The notes under the pieces are model-generated. The model ran no database searches. It saw only the letters and a list, made by a program, of their open reading frames with translations, and had not been told where the DNA came from. A stretch of DNA of 62,462 nucleotides, the filler included, from Sphacelaria rigidula (Eukaryota), in NCBI GenBank assembly GCA_964200075.2. It is 9 parts of 9 records of this genome, joined end to end, with 100 filler letters (N's around TTAATTAATTAA, not from the genome) between each part and the next. Parts side by side here need not be neighbours in the genome. Positions count along the whole stretch, not along the records: positions 1 to 6,853 come from CAXNAA020017760.1; positions 6,954 to 13,805 come from CAXNAA020017761.1; 7 more parts are not named here. One strand, 5' to 3'. This document shows, piece after piece, positions 1-12,133 of the stretch. The translations under genes and the position numbers were made by a program. Numbering within the stretch: position 1 is the first letter of the stretch; every line of letters starts with the position of its first letter.

Positions 1-58
1 CAGTACAGTACAGTACAGTACAGTACAGTACAGTACAGTACAGTACAGTACAGTACAG
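1..58. repeat. (CAGTA)n microsatellite at contig start
   Basis: About 11.5 perfect copies of CAGTA. Confidence 0.97.
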
Positions 59-1289
59 AACAATGCAGCACAATATATGAACATGTATCATTCCACATTT
101 TTCGCCACTTTCCCCGAGTTTTCTCTGGCGACAAGGCATTTATTTCCGCGCTTTCTTTCGCAGCGCACTAAGAAGGCTCAGCGGTACATCACCGTTCAGG
201 TTTGGGTGCCATCTGATACACGTGGCGCGTGTTCTCGCCACCGAAGGTCGCTCAAACTGTCTCTTTTTCGCGGGGTGTCGATCCCGAACCACAAAAGCCT
301 TTTCATAAGATCATGAAAAACTTGAAACAGGAACCCGTATCACCAAAGCTTGTTGAAGATCATGGAAGACTACAAACAGGGTTACTTTCTGTATTTTCCC
401 CCGTGTTTCTCTTTGTCGCGTTCTCGGTCATTTGAGAGCACGAACACACCGGTTATGCCGCCAATGTCACGAGAACATGAGAGCAAAGCAGTTGAAAACA
501 ATCAAACATTGCCTTCCCTTAGTCAGCAGCAAACACAAGACCATGCAATGGGCCGTTGGCGAGTTGAACAAGGCACAGCAGCACGGCAGCACAGCAATGT
601 TTTGCCGCAAAAAACAATCACCCTGTTTTAATAAAACGTCCGGTGATGTGAAAACCACAGTGATGTACACAGAACATGTCAAGAATGTTCCACGCATTCC
701 AATTTTTCGGCTTCCCGCTGTCATGTCTTTGAGCACGAGAGCTACTTCGCACTTTGGCACCTCGGGAATACCACACATGTCCTACACCGGCGGTTCCGCC
801 GTCGGCCTCCGTCCGAATTTCCATATTTCCCAACGACAGTCGGTAACACACGCGATGTTTTGTACAGCCACGATCACTACTGTACATTGCGATACAACAG
901 CCTCTCTTAATCCTTCGACCGCGAGGGTAGGTCACCTGCTAAATCGGCATAAATTTCACTGGGAAAGTACGCGTCATCCAGATGGACTACCCGCATCGCG
1001 GTCCAAGGGTTAACCGTATATTTTCGAATTGCGTCACCTCCGGGAGGTCCGTACCACCCTCCCGAAGGGGAACCTTGTATATATATATATATGTGAGTGT
1101 GTATATAAAGTACCTCGAAAGAAAACAACGGTGGAAGGATGCAGAGTCTGTCGACAAAAAACGGCCTTGTTTCGCGTCACCTCAAAAGACGACCACAAAG
1201 AAAAAGAGTTGTTCATTCACGTGTCGAAAGTTGTCATCTCCCGGACGTTAATTGATTCCCAAAACTTTCAAACTCTTTTGAAACAATAC

Positions 1290-1498
1290 CAAGGGCGTAT
1301 GGGGCAGGGAATACCCGATATTGTTGGTATTTTGAAAAGTGGAGGTCCGAACCACGGCCATACCAGCAGCCGGCCGGCCCAGTGCTGTCGTTCCCCCTCT
1401 CTGGAGCCGATGCAAGTCATTGTGACCGACTTGACCAGGTGATAGTCAACGTATCAAAATACCAAGATATAGGGTTTGCACTACCCGACCTGCCCTTG
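1290..1498. mobile_element. Short MITE with imperfect TIRs, related to the hAT element at 32839-34489
   Basis: Left end CAAGGGCGTATGGGGCAG...ATATTGTTGGTATTTTGA. Right end read as reverse complement is CAAGGGCAGGTCGGGTAG...ATATCTTGGTATTTTGA, sharing the CAAGGGCAGGTCG terminus of 32839. TSD is not intact. Confidence 0.6.
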
Positions 1499-1859
1499 AA
1501 CACAAACTCGCTGGAGAGTTACGTCGGCATTGCCCCACCCTTCTTTCGCAGGAAAAAGGTATCACATGGACAGACATGAGCCAGCTCGCTATTGTGGTAA
1601 GAACCAACTTACTGAGAAACCCCGGGTGGATATTTCGGTTTAGGCGATATACATGCTGCCGCTGCGCCCCGGTGGTATACAATAATGGTCCAACTGACGC
1701 CCTTGAGGTGGAAAAAATAACGTAGGGTTCGATTTCCGCCAGATGCGCGTGGGTTATTTTTTTCCAAGTACCTGGTTTCTGCCGTTTAAAACGAGACGGC
1801 GCGAGTAGAAAGAAATTGTTTGACTAAGTTTGATTGACGAGAGTTGACGCAATGCGGGA

Positions 1860-1970
1860 GTGTTGGTCATGATCCAATCCGCGAGCCGTAAGATGTGACA
1901 TGTGTACCGGGGGAGAGATCGGTCGATCCCTTGAGACCACGCGCTCAGTCCTGAACGAGGAAAGGGATCG
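1860..1970. repeat. Dispersed repeat family E (about 110 bp)
   Basis: TGTTGGTCATGATCCAATCCGCGA...TGTACCGGGGGAGAGATCGGTCGATCCCTTGAGACCAC. Reverse-complement relatives occur at about 7550-7650 and 11860-11965. Confidence 0.6.
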
Positions 1971-2062
1971 AAAACTCGACGCTGAAAACAGGGGGNNNNN
2001 NNNNNGGGGGAGGACGCGGGGGCGGCGGGGAGGCAGGGAGGGGAGGGGGGGGGGGGGCGGGG

Positions 2063-2103
<41 letters not shown>

Positions 2104-2350
2104 CTACTCATGATCTTGCATGCCGTTATCATGTGAGCGTTGGGCCACTTCTTGCACGAAATTCCAAGTCGAATCGTCGTTGAAAGCAGCAACGGTTGCT
2201 TGAACGAGCTTGTTATAGATAAATAACGCTCACATTTATACCGATTGACACCGTTTTGAACCAAATGCAACCGCCCCGCGAGTGTGGAAGGTCGTCTGAC
2301 ACACTTTTGAGCATCTTTTCCGTGCAATCAAATACCCCCCCCCCCTCCAC

Positions 2351-2475
2351 CCTTCGCGCTTGGTGATTGAGTGCGAGCCTGGTCCGGCGAGAACCGGCGT
2401 GTTCCGTCCTGACTTTGTAGGGATGTAAGGTAAATGGTATTACGACTCCGGTATGCAAGATGATAAGTACACCCT
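2351..2475. repeat. Dispersed repeat family D (about 130 bp)
   Basis: CTTCGCGCT..GCGAGCCT(G/A)GTCCGGCGA..CCGGCGTGTTC..CTTTGTAGGG..TTACGACT..ATGCAAGAT. Also at 48662-48785, as reverse complement at 41490-41610, and as fragments near 2100 and 7700. Confidence 0.7.
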
Positions 2476-2512
2476 CTGTTCTTCCCGCCACGTGGCCTTG
2501 ATGCATACCTAC

Positions 2513-4179
2513 CTCACGCTCTTCCGCCTCTACCAGCCACGCGGGTTTGGCAATGTCGACACCGGACATGCTGTCCCCTCCTCCCGCCCCTCTGCCACGG
2601 TAGGGATCCCCCGAAACCATGCCATAGCCTTGCTGCTGGTGGTGATACTGCTGCCCATGCACATGTCGCTGGCGCATCATCTGCTCGTGTTCCTGTTGCT
2701 GCGAGTAACACCAGGAGAATACGCGCACAAGAACCAGAAACAGGACATATTCGTGATAGGGGGGCAGGGGGGAGGCATCGGCGAGGGGGGGGGGCAACGA
2801 GTGAATACATGAATTTGTGAAAATCGCTCGCGTGTAGTATCACAGTATCCAGCATTGTTCCATTACGAAATCAATCGGGATCTAGACAAAATACATCGCC
2901 CGCTTCTAACTTGTCGACCAGGGCCGGGACGTGGCGCGGAGAACAAGGGCTTTCCAACGAGAGCAAGACCCTGGAAACAGGGGGGGAGTAGCACACACTC
3001 TGGACTAGTGAGACCGAGCTCATGGCGTAAGTGCGCACAGGAGTTGCCAGAGACATGGTAACAGGAATTAACGCATTTCAAGTATTCTTGTGTTAAGCGC
3101 AGGTACCAAATGATATCCGATGCACAAGTGACTTGAAAACATACAATCTTCGATTTTTCAAAAATTGCAAATAGGTATGTATAAAAAGAGGGAGAGGGGA
3201 GCGGTGTTGAGTAGCGTGTTTTGGGCGTTACACACAAACCACACGCGTCGAGCATCAGTCAGCGGACTCTCACACACCACTGAAGGCAGGAGAACAGATG
3301 ACAAGGCTCATCGAGAGGGACCCGAGCCCCGAAAGTACTCTCGATGTGTCGGCGGGAGCTCAGTACGTGGGGGGCAATACAACGCACCATCACCCATCGG
3401 CAAGTAAAATTTTCTGTGCTCACGTTGGGCACACGCCTATTCGTCACTACATCTGGATGGTTTTGTAACGGAGGAATGAATGGGCGACGATCCATTGACG
3501 AATCGACCAAATTTTGCACGAGAACGTGCTTCCAGCACCACAACCGTAAAACCCAAAGCAGCACCATCAGTGTGGTTGTTTTTAACACCAGGCCCTCTAC
3601 TCCACACGCCGGACAGCTCATGAGCTACCTCAACAGTACGTTTTCATTAGCGTCCCGCTCCGGATCACGAGCTAACTCATTCGGCCCCGTTTTTTCTTCT
3701 CCATTTTCCCTCCCTACAGCGCTGGGCGCCGAGCTTGCCGAGTGGCTCAAAGGTAGCGTTTTGGCTTCTCGGACCCGGTGTCACGTATTTCGTGTTTTTG
3801 GACAAGAGATCTGAGAGTGCTCTTCGATGAGTTATTTTAGGTGGCTCATGAGCCGTCCGACGTGTGCTATATATATTCCGAGTTGGGACTCGACCGTCGC
3901 GCGCAACAAAAATCAGTAGTGAACAGAGAGCGCCAAATCTGTTGTGCTCGAATATTTTCGGCACCTACCGTGAGTGATACGAATGGCGCCGGAGAAAACC
4001 GAAACAACAACAACAACGCCTCTTCCCAACTATGCCTCGTTCACTCCCGTCACCTGCTCTGCCGCCCTCGAGCGCAGAAAATTGATGATGCCCTGAGGAT
4101 CGGTGCGGCTAACGGCCGCGTACTGATACGCCGTCCCCCATCCAGGCACACCCGTTTGAAGGTAGCCATCATGCAGGGC
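2513..4179 (-). CDS. Hypothetical protein, internal exons of a partial gene: 4179-4054, probable 2970-2911, 2698-2513
   Basis: Exon 4054-4179 (tactccgacag|...|gtgacg, 126 nt) gives ALHDGYLQTGVPGWGTAYQYAAVSRTDPQGIINFLRSRAAEQ. Exon 2911-2970 (cctgtttccag|...|gttaga, 60 nt) gives GLALVGKPLFSAPRPGPGRQ. Exon 2513-2698 (tactcgcag|...|gtaggt, 186 nt) gives Q/H/G-rich QQEHEQMM...WLVEAEERE. All are phase 0-0 and stop-free. No family recognised. Confidence 0.55.
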
Positions 4180-5004
4180 CTGTCGGAGTAATAAAAAAAA
4201 TCAACAAAAACGCCGGAACGGGTTCAAAGCGCACTTGAATCACCGCCCGCATCATAAAGCATGAATCCGTTCCGGCATCAGGTAAACACGCACCTGTACA
4301 AGCATCAAAGCAAAAAAAAACAAAAAAAAAAACATACACAACATAAACAGCCACCAGGCCACATGAAACAAAACAACTATAATCGGGTATTTATGGTCGA
4401 GGGACAACTCTCTGAACCGTTGGCACGCACGCTGCTTGCGCACGTTGCATCGGATCATATGATGCGGTGATGCCCGTGCACAACTGTTGCTGTACTACTG
4501 TAGTGCGTGCACCTCAAATAGCAGCTTGTCAACATTTTTTGTGGAGAGCGTCAAGTCAATGCTCAGAGAACCCAGGGGGGTTCATCTTTCGAATGGGGGG
4601 GATTTTCACATGGAGAAGAGTTGTCAGGCTCTCTCTCCCAGGTGCTCATATGCACACGCTCAAAGGGTTGACCCCTCACCGGCACTCCTTTACCGATAGG
4701 GCCCCTGTGTTTTGTAGGGATCCTTGGGCTAAAGAGCACAGCACAGCACAGCCCCAGGCAGCGCAGTGCAGTAAGTAATACGCTGCGTTTGTTCCCTCGT
4801 GGACACGCTACAGCAGATGACAGTAGAGGATCTTGATTGAACTAGCGCTGCTGCATGGTTGCGATGTGATCCATTTTTTCAGGGCAGCTCTACCGTTCGA
4901 GGTACTGGAGTGCGAAACACTCGCAGGAAGTTGCTCAGGTTGCAGGGGGTGGCATATATTGGAGCCTGGGCACCACAGCCCGCCTGCCCCCCCAATCCCG
5001 CCCT

Positions 5005-5038
5005 CTTACGGCCTTACGGCCTTACGGCCTTACGACCA

Positions 5039-5113
<75 letters not shown>

Positions 5114-5120
5114 TAATAAC
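5005..5120. repeat. (CCTTACGG)n followed by (AAT)n microsatellite
   Basis: About 3.5 copies of the 8-mer, then more than 20 AAT units. This is the source of the poly-N, poly-I and poly-L ORFs. Confidence 0.95.
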
Positions 5121-5234
5121 AAAGATCAGGAACAGCGCTGAAACGTGAAGAAATCTGGGGAGTTTTGACCTTTACGAAGCTGAGTTTAAGGGGAAGATTT
5201 AGTTTCGGGCTTCCAGTCTCCAGACACTGTTTCA

Positions 5235-5522
5235 CAGTGTTGAGAATTGGATATCGATACTCGATACGATTTCGATACACATCGGTCGATATGGCGTATC
5301 GGTGTCGCTGCTTCCCAAGCCGATGTTTGTCGATACGTATCAGTATCAATATCGATATCGGATATTGATATGGTCGATATATATTTTTCATTTATTTTAC
5401 CGGAGGGGGGGGGGGGGGGGGGGGAAAAAAAACACCCCAACCCCCACCACCCAAACCCCCCCCACCCCNNNNNNNNNNTGTATATGTTTTTTGGTTTTGT
5501 TTTTTTGTGTTGTGTTTTTTGT

Positions 5523-5565
<43 letters not shown>

Positions 5566-6673
5566 GACACAAATCATCCCACATCCCATCACCTCACTGC
5601 CCGCCACCCCGCCACCCACCACACAGTCACTTGCTGCAAACTACACTGGTCTGCAACATGAGCCATAAGCCGCCTTCAGACTTTCGGCTTTGCGAAGGGC
5701 GGTAGCGCAGACGCTGCGATCGACTTTTCTGCCGAATCGTCTGTATCTGTGTCTGCTATGGTCGACGTTTCTGCCGAAGCGTTTGTATCTGTGTCTGCTA
5801 CGGCGGCTGCTGCTGCACCAGCGGCTGACACAGTGCCCTTAACCAACAGTGGAGAGAGCGGGCAAGCAGAGTTACCCGCGAAGGTAGCAGATCCTTGAGA
5901 TGGCACCGAATTTCGCGTGTGAGGGCAGAAGGTAATCTCTTCTCATCATATCCAGTTCTTTTGACAAGCTTCGGAATTATATTGCTCCGGCGTTAAGGTG
6001 TCTGGATAGTATACTTAATTGTGTAGTCGATAATGAAAAATTGGACGTATGCTGCCGATTTTTCCCTTGTTTGGTATGGAGAACAGAAAACGCGGGCGCG
6101 CATTTCCATTCATCATTTATTGCCCAGTTTCGAGGTTTGGCGCGTTTGTTTATTGAATAATGAGTGCGTTCGCAGTGCGCAGAGACGAGGTAAACGCTCA
6201 AATTCGATTGAAACATGACGGAATAGTGGCCCGCGGAATATACCATGGTATATCACCGGCTTGAACAGCACACTATGTATCATGCATCACACCTGGCGTT
6301 GTGATCAGCTACCTCTTTTGCGACTTGCCTCTCGCACGATGAACCATTTTTGTCAAAGCGAAGCATTACGCCGCGTGTTGTGCCGCTACTTCTGTGATAT
6401 CAGATAACAAATCACAAATCACACACTGGTGCTGCTTTACCTTTATACAATCAGGCGTGCACCCACTCCGGGTTTGGTTGGTGGTGTCAGTGTAGTATCG
6501 TGGGGTCTTGCAAGCTATGTCCCCACCAAAACAGCCGTATCGTATCGTATGGAGTGTCGATACGTATCGGGTCATTTACCGCGTATCGGAGAAAAAGATC
6601 GGTATCGACTTGAGGTCGATACTTTGAAAATATCGTATCGAACTTCTTGTTTTCCGTTCGATATTCAACACTG
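5235..6673. mobile_element. Non-autonomous hAT-type DNA transposon
   Basis: Termini CAGTGTTGA...TCAACACTG with a perfect 8-bp TSD CTGTTTCA (5227-5234 and 6674-6681). Subterminal TATCG/CGATAC motifs cluster at both ends. An 8-bp TSD with CAG termini is typical of hAT. Confidence 0.85.
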
Positions 6674-6853
6674 CTGTTTCATTACTGCTCATATCTGCAT
6701 TCGACATAATATCTCGGTACAAGGAACATACGTGGGCCGCAGATATTTTTTTGCATACACATTTGAAGCAGTACAGATTTAGTTAACCCTTTTGGAACCG
6801 TTGATGGAAAACTGAGGATTTACAACTGAGGTTTTCCCCCCGATAAATGGTTG

Positions 6854-6953
6854 NNNNNNNNNNNNNNNNNNNNNNNNNNNNNNNNNNNNNNNNNNNNTTA
6901 ATTAATTAANNNNNNNNNNNNNNNNNNNNNNNNNNNNNNNNNNNNNNNNNNNN
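6854..6953. other. Artificial contig linker
   Basis: 44N-TTAATTAATTAA-44N; gives stops in all six frames. Confidence 0.98.
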
Positions 6954-9116
6954 CCTGCTCCCCCCCCTCCCCTTTGATGTCGTGGTGCCACGCCAACCCC
7001 CCCCGCCCGCCTCCACACGATCCCCCCCCCCCCCCCCCCCCCCAACCTAGCTTCTAGCTTTACACAATTATCTCGTGGCGAATTGCTAACGAATCAACCA
7101 GTTCATGAGCACCACCTTGCTGGAGCCGGCCACATGTTCCTTCCCCGACCACCGTTCAACAATGTGAAACTGATTATTCTCCACCGCGTGCACCCGAATT
7201 CTACTCATCCAGTCAGCGAGAGGCAAGAGCCAAGTTACTCACGACATGGCGTGGTACACATGAGGCGCAAATGCACGAACACGCCCCCTCACGTGCACGC
7301 ACTTACTCACGGTTATGCACGCCGTCACATCAGCACACGGACACCCCGACTCGCCGGAAACGGGAACCCTTATGAAAGCGGATGACTCACTTGCATGAGC
7401 GAACCGGGAAAAAAAGTGGCTTCGCTTATTATCGCCCATGATATATGACTACTATATGTATATACATAGAGAGTCCTCATACATATATGGTCATGGCCAT
7501 TTACCACACATCAAATTCATTGCCATTGTGTTATATTTCATCATGCTTCCAACCCCTCGGCGGAACGAGTCCGTTGTCTCAAGGGATCAGCCCAAGTCCC
7601 CCTGGTACATATACAAAGTCATCGTCCATAGCGTCAGATCTCACGCAACCCTGTTCGGCGGGCTTAACCTCCACCCCCCCCCCCCCCCCGCACAAACACG
7701 CACGAGGTCAACGGTCTTACAACTACGGCATGCAGCATGCAAGATCAGCCTGATTCACGTGCACTGATCAAGGATTTTGCACTTAGTACAACAGCCGCCT
7801 CCTCAAAGTACACACACATCCATTCACACGCGTGCTCGAGCACGACCGTCCGGTCAAAACACCAGCCTGCTGGGGTTACACTATCTACCCTCATATTTTA
7901 CGGTCCACTTCCTCGAATTATTCCAGTATACATAATTTCAGACATATCAACCAATGGGGCTGCTCGCCTAGCTACACGCCCACGGTAGCTTGCGGCAAAT
8001 ACGGCAAGCCAACTTCAACAGCACCCGCAGTAGCGTATTGGGACGGGAGGAACACGTTGCTTGATTCCGATTCCGTAGATGTTTTTCTTCTTCAAGAGTC
8101 ACTATATATGCACACACAGCGGGTCGGAGCTTGTACAAGTAACACAGCGCCTGACTGCAGCATAACTCATCCTGACCCTTTGACCGCTAGGGTGGGTCAT
8201 GTACTGACAGCAACCCCTCTCGAAAAATGTTACGAGCCAAGACTCAGTCACGCGCGACAATATGCCGACGTTGCACCGTAATATTGACTGCTCTAGGGTC
8301 TCCATTGGTGGCTGTTTTTTTCTATTTTTTCAGACTCTTGAGACTTTTTGGAGGGAAGAAAACTAAATCCTCCCCGAAAAATGTGACGGCAGATTTCTCA
8401 ACGAGGTCAAGGAATAGAACGATTTCAGACTGACTATATGTTACTCGGAAAATCTAGCCTTGAAGTTAATTCTAAACGTTTTTTCTGTTATTGCGAAATA
8501 TTCGGGGTGAAAAATCGAAAAGGTGAAAAAAAAACATTCCGTTAATAACGCACCCCTTTCAAGTGTCAACCAACACTTCGGACAAACACATCTTCACATG
8601 AATCAGAAAATTGGACACAGCGACGGGCTACTAACGTCAAGCGGGCTTGGCGTAATTTTGACGTGCTCCCTGGCTATACTAGCTCACAACGGCAGGGATT
8701 TAATCCTGCCAGAGATTACGGCACTCTGCCTGGAGATGATCCAGGCTGGCGGCCAAACGGTTAAATTGCCAAAGTCCGCACGACAACAAAGAAAAAAAAA
8801 AACTACCGCAGGTTGCGGAATACTGTACACCAACCGGCCAATCATCAGACGCCTCAAGCTCAAGATTCTCCGAAGAAACAAAAGCCCGCACTTCCGTAGG
8901 ACGATCGCGCACTACCATAGGATATCTCCGTCTACTAAGGAGAAATCTTGACGAAATACTTCCAGAGCTTCACGCCCCGCATCTAAGAGCAAAAATCGAT
9001 GCAGAGACTGATGCGACTAGTACGATTTGGGATACTTTTTGCGTGCCTTGCCCCCCTGCTCCCCCCCCCCAACCCATCGCGTTCGCTTTGTCTATTTTAT
9101 CGTCGTTGTCCATGCC

Positions 9117-9837
9117 TCAAACTACATTCCAGTCCACAGCGTCGTGCCCCAGCTCGCTCAGTGCTTCGTTCGCCTTGGAGAAACAAGCGGAGCCGATGAA
9201 TGGTTCGGGTGGTCGCGTGGCGGAGAGGGGCGACGGATGCGCGCATTTGATTACCCGGTGCTTGCTGGAGTCGATGAACTGGCCTTTTTTCTGGAGGACG
9301 AAGACAATAGTAACGATAAAAATAACAACAACGACGACGACGACAATGACATTGAGGCGGGGGGGGGGGAATGAGAAAAACGAAGAATAATAATGGAAAA
9401 GAGAGAAGAGAAAAAGGACATGACCAACAGAAACAAAGGGTCGCGGAAGAGCATTGAGCGAGTTTCTACATTTTTTGTGTCCATGTACAAACGCGGAAAA
9501 GGATTCCTCAGACGAGAGAGCTAGCTCGCTGCTGTAGCTAAGCTCGTAAATACACACAAACAAGGCTATCCGATGAAACATATCACTGGGGGGGGGAGGG
9601 GGAACGGGGGGCGTTGTCCCCCGCCATCTACGGTGAGAACGCATGCGAACAGGTTCGAGGCCAAGTGTATACCTGAGAGGGCTTTCCCCACAGCATGAAC
9701 ACAAGTCGCCTGTCTCCTTTGTTCAGCTCCCGGATGACGGCATCTGTGAACTGCTCCCACCTTTTTGTGTCGTTGGTAAGGATGCAACAGTGTTGTTTTC
9801 GTGTGAAAAGCGTGGTTCACTATTAGACAAGCATGCT

Positions 9838-9898
<61 letters not shown>

Positions 9899-11711
9899 TG
9901 CCCACCAACTTGTAATTCTCACAAGTTAGTATCTAGTGTCAGGATGTTTTGGAGAGGGTGCACTATGCAGGCTGTGCATTCAAATCCCCATGTCTGCATG
10001 TCCTCCCCGTAGTTGTCGGTAAAACAAAGGTAAAACAAACAAACAAATAAACATGGCACTTGTAGACGGTGTAAACGGCATGCGGCGAACACAGTACGTC
10101 TACAGCCTGTCGTCGGACTTGTGCTCTCTCTGTAAAGCGTGCCTATTCACCACACGGTTCTTATTTACTGTGTTGCTGCGCAAGGCACTACTCACCCCTG
10201 CTTTTGGTGCGAAAAAGCCTTCGCTTTCTCGACGCTCAGCACGCTGTTCAGAAGGAGCACACCTTGCTTGCACCACGAGTTCAGACACCCCTCTCTGGTG
10301 GGCTTGATGCCGCAGCAGTTCTGTTTTGTTTCGGGGGCGGATGAGTGACCACGACCGTTGAGCAAGAAGCAACACGCAAAAATGGTGCGCAAAATAGTAG
10401 TAGTTGTACTGTACCGCAGTAAAAAATATGTTTAGCTTACTTGCGCCATTTTGCAACGAATGCGATCGGATTCATCGTCCGACTTATCCGACAAAGAAGA
10501 AAAAGAAGAGGAACACTGCTCGCGCTGCTATACGAAAGTGTGCCATAGCCAAGAGTAACAGTCACACTGATCCCTGAACGGGTGTAGTTTTGGTCATACT
10601 CTGCCTGCCGGTACAGCAGTAGACCACGTGATCAGGGGATCCGACTCCCTCACCCTCTGGTTAATCCAATACTTCAAAGTGACGGGGCTATTATTACTCC
10701 CTCATGCTGCATGCCAGTGCCTCTTTTCCCAGTTCACCGGCACTACTTGTACTTGTGGACGGAAGGGGGGGGGGGAGGGTTCCCGAAGGATTAATCATTA
10801 TTGTGATACAATATATCATATGTCCTTATTTTAATTTTGCTTTTGCTCTTGGTTTGATTCTATTTTCAATTATCATCATGAATGCATAATGATTATCATC
10901 AACCCCGCGCATTATTTAGCTATACACGAGGAAATCTGGAATTTTACCAAAGAATGAAAACATCAAGATGTGTGTTCGAGAGCACTTCAGAGACGGAGAG
11001 CAAAATTATATCTACAGAAGCACAGTAGTAGCGGGGTCGCACGCACCACTGCCTCCTTGATCATGTTCCTCAAGCTCGGCGGCTGAGGTACACCCTTCAT
11101 CACCGAAAAAGCCAGACCGTGTGCCTGTCCAGGTCCATGGTACGGGTCCTGTCCCAAAATCACCACCTGTACGAAATATATATTTTTAATTTCATCGAGG
11201 GAAAAATATTAGGTTCATGCATGTACTGTTGTATTGAAGAGAAGAAGCCCATCCGAAAAAAAAGCATCCGTCGAACCAAATAAATACTGACAGTCCAGTC
11301 ATGTATTGGTGAGAAGATTTGAAATGAAAAACAAGCGCATTTTCGTTCATTTCGGATGGGGACATGGGCAAGTGCCGTGGCTTTACAACAATATTTATTT
11401 CATTGTGTTGGTATCATTTTGATTGCACAACACCAGACTGTGTGCCGCCAAAAACGTAAACGTAAACGTAAACGTAAACAAAAACAATAAAAACGAAAAG
11501 TAGTAAGCGCCCCTTCTTCTTCTCATCACCTTCACGTCTGCGAGTGGACAGGATTCGAAGGCACTGAAGATCTGGTCTCTGGGGGGATACACCGTCTTGG
11601 AGGAGTACTCTCTGTCGAGAAACGCCTGCAACCGAACGAAGTAGCCCTTCGATGTCTCGGCCGCAAGCGCCGCTGCCCATCCCTCTTCCTTGATCGGCGA
11701 TGGCTTCGTTT
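9117..11711 (-). CDS. UNG: Uracil-DNA glycosylase, family 1; exons 11711-11530, 11166-11047, 10320-10196, 9760-9673, 9290-9117 (5' exon uncertain)
   Basis: All introns are GT-AG with consistent phases (1/0/0/2/0). Spliced product: [139 protein letters not shown]. Catalytic GQDPYH, GVLLLN and HPSPLS motifs are intact. Confidence 0.96.
9842..9896. repeat. (GA)n microsatellite in a UNG intron
   Basis: About 27 GA units. Confidence 0.97.
11453..11480. repeat. (AAACGT)n hexamer repeat in a UNG intron
   Basis: About 4.5 copies. Confidence 0.9.
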
Positions 11712-12099
11712 CTGTACGCCGTGAATTGAAGGAGCGAGCGGAGGGAAGGGGGGGGGGTGAGTCAGGAGGAGGGAATGAAGATGCGGCATATCTTGGCTAT
11801 CAGCCAACGCGCTCGATACCCATTTTTGTTTTGGTCGTCCCACTTTTTTTCAACCCTCACGCTTCCTCGGGACGAGTTCGTGGTGGTCTCCGTAGGGATC
11901 CACCCGTCTCTCCCCGGTACACGCCTGGCACTTTGGTTTCGCGGACTGGATCATGGCCAACACTCCGGCCACTCGGCGACTCTCGTCGAACACACTTCAT
12001 TTTTCTACGGATCATGACTTCACGCTGTCAACGAAGGAAATAAGATATTTCAGAAAAGAAGTTCAAGACTAGACAGAGTAGGTGGGAATCGAATCTCAC

Positions 12100-12133
12100 G
12101 TTCTCCGGACCCCTTCACGTCAGTTGCAACCAT
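12100..12133 (-). CDS. Candidate first exon of UNG (MVATDVKGSGE, phase-1 donor)
   Basis: ATG at 12133; donor C|gtgaga matches the phase-1 acceptor at 11711 and would give a protein of about 240 aa. It overlaps a tRNA-like B-box hairpin, so the match may be fortuitous. Confidence 0.35.

Noticed and set aside
1990-5570. Poly-G/poly-C tracts and poly-Pro, poly-Gly, poly-Asn ORFs
   Set aside because: These are homopolymer or microsatellite runs, several next to 10-N gaps, and are low-complexity, possibly poor-quality sequence.
9117-11711. UNG as a viral or bacterial gene, or part of a defence cluster with the MLKL-like gene
   Set aside because: It has spliceosomal introns, so it looks like an ordinary nuclear gene, and it lies on a different contig from the MLKL-like exons.
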